Source: Bacillota bacterium
GTDB lineage: Bacteria; Bacillota_I; Bacilli_A; RFN20; CAG-288
Length of the DNA: 64,000 bases
Reading direction: 5' to 3'
NCBI GenBank assembly: GCA_023398335.1
Contig: JAEWSJ010000009.1
Coordinates: 55,567-119,566, forward strand
A program made the translations under genes and the position numbers. Shown piece after piece: positions 59,775 to 64,000 of the stretch; the stretch's first letter is position 1, and every line of letters begins with the position of its first letter. The notes below the pieces were generated by a model, which saw nothing but the letters and a program-made list of their open reading frames with translations, was not told where the DNA came from and did no database searches.

Positions 59775-61877
59775 TTAACGTGTCTTTACAATAATAATTT
59801 CGTATGGAATTGTAAATGGATTACCGAATTCATCTTCCTGTAGGTAATCAACATTCCAGTCTTTGGATAACTCAATCCATTTTTGATCATCTCTAATGTT
59901 AGTAACATCAAAGACACCGTCGAGGTAATAATCTAAAACTTCAATATCAATTTTCTTTACGCCTGAGTTAGAAAATACACATCCCTTAACTGAACGAATA
60001 GATTTAGGTAAAACAAATTTTTCATTTAAACTTGTGCATCCTTCGAAACAGAATGAGCCAATATTATTTACACCTAGGTATGATACCTTTGTAGTATCTT
60101 TAGTATCAATAATAGTATCGAATATTACTGATTCTAATCCGGTACATCCTTGGAATGCACGAGAACCGATAGATTTGATATTAATTGTGAAATCAACATC
60201 TTTAATTCCCTTACAACCATAAAACGCTTGAATTCCGATTTCAGTAATTGATAAAGAAAAAGTTACTTCAACTAAACTAGTCATGTTGTAAAACATCTTG
60301 CTAGTTACGACAGTCGGACCATTCTTAAAATTATAAGATTTTATTTCTGGAACATTATCCCCAAATATATCAGTTAAATCATCACCATAAGGCAAAGCTA
60401 ATTTAACCGCATTTGAACATAATTTAAAGGCATTTTTAGATATTTCAGTATTATCACCTAATTCAATCTCAGTAATATGTGAGCATCCACTAAAAGCGTT
60501 TTCACCAATAAAGACTGAAGTAGGAAGGTTAACGTAAGAAATGTTACATCCAGCAAAGGCTTCAGAACCAACATACTTAACAGTATTCGGTATACTTATG
60601 GTATAACTATAACCACTAAAGCATTTATCTCCAACCCCATATACAGAATATGGAATTTGATAATCAGCAGGTATTTTACCTTTAAACCCAGCTAGGAATT
60701 TACCTAGAATTACTTTGCCATCTGCTAAGGAAGAATACCATGGGCAAGTTAAACTTGATAAGCTTAATTTAGAGATATATTGAAGAGAGGAATAATTCTT
60801 TAACTCATTTAATTTTGTTAAATCTGCTAAATTATCACTGCCAATGTATTCAACTTCATTAATATCTAAAGAAGTAACATTAATAGCAGCGCTAATAGCT
60901 GAATCAATTACAACTTTATCTTTGTTTCCAAATACTTTAAGTTTTGTTAATTTATCTAAACCATCAGTATCACTAAATAATTCGAATAACAATTTATTAC
61001 CGTCGTAGGCAAAAGTCTCAACATTTTTGGTTTCTTTAAATACATCTACTCCATATTCAATGTTAGTGCCATTAAATACACAAGATTTAAGAGCAGAACA
61101 ATTTGCGAAAGCTCTATTGCCTATTCTATTAAGGGTAGAAGGAATATCTACATTTGTAATTGATGTATTTTCAAATGCGGAAGCACCAATTCCTTCTAAT
61201 GTTGAAGGAAAAGTAATCGATTTTAGATTAGTATCTTTAAACGCATTTGCAGCAATATACTTAATATTGGAAGGAACAACATATGAAGATACATCACCAA
61301 TATAATCATATAACGTATCTCCGAAAATTATTGCACCAGTTTTATTAGTAATGTAGGAAGAATAAAATGGTGTTGAATCAAATGCTCCATCTCCAACGTA
61401 TTTAAGATTTGTTAAACTATCAAGATTAATTTCATTTAATGAAGTGTCTCCACTAAAAGCATAGGCTCCAATAGAATTGATATATTTTCCTAAATTTACT
61501 GAAGTTATATCTTTATTATTTTTCATGAATTCATCGCCTAAAGCGACAATCTTATAGCCACCATCAGTCTCAGCAACATCAGTTCGAATAGCATCTTCAA
61601 TTGTAACTTTGTTATTTTCAACAAATCCTTTAATATCACCTAAAGAAGAAGTGTAAATAAACGAATCTAAGTTAATCGTATCATCATAAGACTTTGGATC
61701 TTCATCACCTAGACTGGCTAGTTTTTCATCTTTTCCCGCATTTTGTGAGAATTTAAATCTACTTAAAAACTTAGTTTTTTGCAACGGATTAACAAAAACT
61801 GACTCTTCTTCACATGAAGTTATCGATAATATTGATGCGGCGAGAAGAAGCAATCCGATATACTTGTATTTTTTCAT
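59775..61877 (-). CDS. Surface lipoprotein with BspA-type leucine-rich repeats
   Basis: Start at MKKYKYIGLLLLAASILSITSC with a lipobox, preceded by a GGAGGAGG RBS. Multiple repeats of the form ...IGxxAFxxCxxLxxVxxP... Confidence 0.65.
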   Translation of the reverse strand: MKKYKYIGLLLLAASILSITSCEEESVFVNPLQKTKFLSRFKFSQNAGKDEKLASLGDEDPKSYDDTINLDSFIYTSSLGDIKGFVENNKVTIEDAIRTDVAETDGGYKIVALGDEFMKNNKDITSVNLGKYINSIGAYAFSGDTSLNEINLDSLTNLKYVGDGAFDSTPFYSSYITNKTGAIIFGDTLYDYIGDVSSYVVPSNIKYIAANAFKDTNLKSITFPSTLEGIGASAFENTSITNVDIPSTLNRIGNRAFANCSALKSCVFNGTNIEYGVDVFKETKNVETFAYDGNKLLFELFSDTDGLDKLTKLKVFGNKDKVVIDSAISAAINVTSLDINEVEYIGSDNLADLTKLNELKNYSSLQYISKLSLSSLTCPWYSSLADGKVILGKFLAGFKGKIPADYQIPYSVYGVGDKCFSGYSYTISIPNTVKYVGSEAFAGCNISYVNLPTSVFIGENAFSGCSHITEIELGDNTEISKNAFKLCSNAVKLALPYGDDLTDIFGDNVPEIKSYNFKNGPTVVTSKMFYNMTSLVEVTFSLSITEIGIQAFYGCKGIKDVDFTINIKSIGSRAFQGCTGLESVIFDTIIDTKDTTKVSYLGVNNIGSFCFEGCTSLNEKFVLPKSIRSVKGCVFSNSGVKKIDIEVLDYYLDGVFDVTNIRDDQKWIELSKDWNVDYLQEDEFGNPFTIPYEIIIVKTR

Positions 61878-61894
61878 CTTAATCCTCCTCCTCA

Positions 61895-63787
61895 TTAAAT
61901 AATCTTTACATCAGTATTTAATGTATATACTTCAAGTGGTTTCTCTTCATTAAACGAAAGGTATATTTTACTGTCATCTTTAACATCTAAATTTGAAATG
62001 TCAATATCGCAAGTTTTAGAGTTAATCAAGCACTTTAAATATTTTTTATCTCCATAATTTAATATTTCAACTTTTTCGTAGTCGATATTATTAGCACTTT
62101 GCTCAAGAGAAGCTTTTGGTGTAAAGCGAATACGATATTCGCATTGTAAAACTCTTCTACCTTCGACATTTGAAAAACGACGGATAAATTCATCATTTAG
62201 TCTATATTTTGCGTTAGCAACAACTCCACAGAATCTGATTACACGTTTGCCATTTTCATCTTTTTCTCTGGCTTTTTCAAAATGACCAACAGATTCAACA
62301 ATATGGGATACTGGCTTAATATTTGAATCATCATCGATGATGATGTCTTCATAAGAGACATCAAAATTGAAACTATTCCCAACCTTTACTTCCTTATTGC
62401 TAGTAGCGAATAAATATTCGTTATTTATTTCATCAAACAAAGTAACTAAATACTTATTTTCTTCCATAAATTCACAGTTAAATACTGGTAAAGAGAATGT
62501 TTTTCCTTCGTGAATAGAAATATTTGGGATTTTTACAATTCTCTTTTTATTTGGAAGTGTTTTAAAAGCATCGAATATATTAACTTCTTTGTTAAATAAA
62601 GTAATGGTCTTTTCATCTTTTTGCATTGAAATAACCGAATATGTTGGATAATATGGCATGATTGATTGCTCATTATCATTGTCGAATAATTGTAAGAATT
62701 CATTTTTAAATAACGCGTGTAATTTATCGCCAATTTCATACTTTACATTAGCACCAACTTTAATAATAATAGGAGATTTTGAAATAGACTCATCAGTTAA
62801 AACATTATTTCCTAAATCACAATATAAGAGAGTTTCATTACCTAATTTTTCAATAGATGAAACAACAACATCTAATGTAGCTTTAGTTTTCTTCTCCGAA
62901 ATAACAATGTGATCTGGTCTAATACCTAATGTAATAGTTTTATCCCCACCAAAATAATTGACATCACATTTGACAAAATATTTATTCTCAACACTCATGG
63001 TTTGACTATCTTCAAAAGCAATATTAATTAAATCTTTTTGTCTTTTTAAATTTACATTGAAGAAATTCATTTGTGGAGTACCAATAAATCCTGCAACAAA
63101 CTTATTTATCGGGTGATTATATAAATTAATAGGAGTATCTATTTGTTGAACATAACCTAGTTTCATAACAACAATACGTGTGCCCATGGTCATAGCTTCA
63201 ACCTGATCGTGAGTAACATAAATAAATGTTGTTGCTAACTTCTTATGAAGTCTAGAAATTTCCGCTCTCATTTGAGCTCTTAATTTTGCATCTAGATTAG
63301 ATAAAGGTTCATCAAGTAAAAATACTTTAGGATTACGGACGATAGCACGTCCTAAAGAAACTCTTTGTCTTTGACCACCGGACATTTCCTTTGGCTTTTT
63401 TTGTAAATAATCTTCAATTCCAAGTATTCTTGCAGCTTCAAGAACTCGTTTATTGATTTCGTCTTTTGGCATATGTTGATTTTTCAATGAAAAAGCCATG
63501 TTTTCATAAACACTCATATGAGGATATAATGCGTAGTTTTGGAAAACCATTGCAATATCCCTTTCTTTTGGTTGAACATCATTGACAAGATTATCACCTA
63601 TGTATAAATCACCAGTAGTTATTTCTTCAAGGCCAGCAATCATACGTAAAGTGGTTGATTTACCACAACCAGATGGGCCAACAAAAACAATGAATTCTTT
63701 ATCTTTAATATTGATATTAAAATCATTGACCGCCTTTGTTCCATTTGGATAAACCTTGAATACGTGATTTAATACTACATTAGCCAT
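61895..63787 (-). CDS. Sugar-ABC-type ATPase (MalK/MsmK-like) with an extra C-terminal extension of about 260 aa
   Basis: Walker A GPSGCGKST, signature LSGGQRQRV, Walker B LLDEPLSNLD. The MalK-like regulatory domain extends to about residue 370. Residues 370-630 have no recognisable motif. Confidence 0.8.
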   Translation of the reverse strand: MANVVLNHVFKVYPNGTKAVNDFNINIKDKEFIVFVGPSGCGKSTTLRMIAGLEEITTGDLYIGDNLVNDVQPKERDIAMVFQNYALYPHMSVYENMAFSLKNQHMPKDEINKRVLEAARILGIEDYLQKKPKEMSGGQRQRVSLGRAIVRNPKVFLLDEPLSNLDAKLRAQMRAEISRLHKKLATTFIYVTHDQVEAMTMGTRIVVMKLGYVQQIDTPINLYNHPINKFVAGFIGTPQMNFFNVNLKRQKDLINIAFEDSQTMSVENKYFVKCDVNYFGGDKTITLGIRPDHIVISEKKTKATLDVVVSSIEKLGNETLLYCDLGNNVLTDESISKSPIIIKVGANVKYEIGDKLHALFKNEFLQLFDNDNEQSIMPYYPTYSVISMQKDEKTITLFNKEVNIFDAFKTLPNKKRIVKIPNISIHEGKTFSLPVFNCEFMEENKYLVTLFDEINNEYLFATSNKEVKVGNSFNFDVSYEDIIIDDDSNIKPVSHIVESVGHFEKAREKDENGKRVIRFCGVVANAKYRLNDEFIRRFSNVEGRRVLQCEYRIRFTPKASLEQSANNIDYEKVEILNYGDKKYLKCLINSKTCDIDISNLDVKDDSKIYLSFNEEKPLEVYTLNTDVKII

Positions 63788-63804
63788 TTTACTAATCCTC
63801 CATT

Positions 63805-64000
63805 TTATCTTTCATTAATAATAGTAATTGACATCGATGGAATAGATATAACTCCATCTTTTACTTCAGAATATTCACCATTTGATGATAAACAATTCTC
63901 TATTTTTCCGTTAATCTCTAATTCGTTATAACTAGAATCTTTTAAATCTATACCATAATTTATTAGCAAATATTTTGATGACTTCTCGTATGTTTTCTTA
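63805..64000 (-). CDS. C-terminal fragment of an upstream gene; the 5' part lies outside the window
   Basis: Open frame on the minus strand ending ...GVISIPSMSITIINER with the stop at 63805-63807. Not in the ORF track. Confidence 0.3.
   Translation of the reverse strand, partial: KKTYEKSSKYLLINYGIDLKDSSYNELEINGKIENCLSSNGEYSEVKDGVISIPSMSITIINER

Noticed and set aside
1-64000. TGA read as Trp (Mollicutes code 4)
   Set aside because: Conserved Trp positions use TGG, and all conserved proteins are full length under the standard code, so no recoding is needed.
1-64000. CRISPR arrays, rRNA or tRNA genes, IS or transposase, prophage genes
   Set aside because: No spacer-repeat periodicity, no tRNA-like GTTCGAAT motifs in intergenic gaps, and no transposase or integrase other than the chromosomal xerD.

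Overview
This is a 64 kb chromosomal segment from a low-GC (about 30% by eye) Firmicutes or Mollicutes-type bacterium that uses the standard genetic code; conserved Trp codons are TGG and no in-frame TGA recoding is needed. Almost all genes are housekeeping, and gene order tracks Bacillus subtilis operons closely: mraZ-rsmH; pfkA-pyk; dnaB(Bsu-type)-dnaI; ybeY-cdd-era-recO-glyQS-dnaG-sigA; apt-relA-hisS-aspS; plsY-parE-parC; yqeG-yqeH-nadD/yqeK-rsfS; xerD-deoB; yqhY(Asp23)-nusB-xseA-xseB-dxs-recN. Several genes expected from that synteny are missing: dgkA, dtd, folD, ispA, argR, aroD, ftsZ and the pbp/mur genes after ftsL. This points to a reduced genome, possibly an Acholeplasma-like wall-less lineage, but that assignment is tentative. 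The most striking structural signal is a Firmicutes-type dif site (XerC/D recombination site) at 40777-40804, in a 450 bp non-coding gap where gene orientation flips from plus (8.4-40.5 kb) to minus (41-58 kb). A xerD-like recombinase sits 4.5 kb away, so the window very likely spans the replication terminus. Other notable items follow. (1) A DnaI-like helicase loader with an obliterated Walker A/B P-loop lies next to a Bsu-DnaB-like protein. (2) An orphan C39 peptidase plus 6-TM protein has no ABC ATPase partner. (3) A second sigma-70 (SigA paralog) lies directly downstream of sigA. (4) nadD and yqeK are fused. (5) Three GTGG direct repeats at exact 10 bp spacing sit between the mraZ promoter and start codon. 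(6) A T-box leader precedes thrS. (7) rpmG (L33) is missed by the supplied ORF track. (8) A MalK-like ATPase carries about 260 extra C-terminal residues and sits next to a BspA-type LRR lipoprotein. (9) Two tandem paralogous lipoproteins plus a permease are linked to deoB, with no ATPase. No CRISPR array, rRNA, tRNA or transposase was found.
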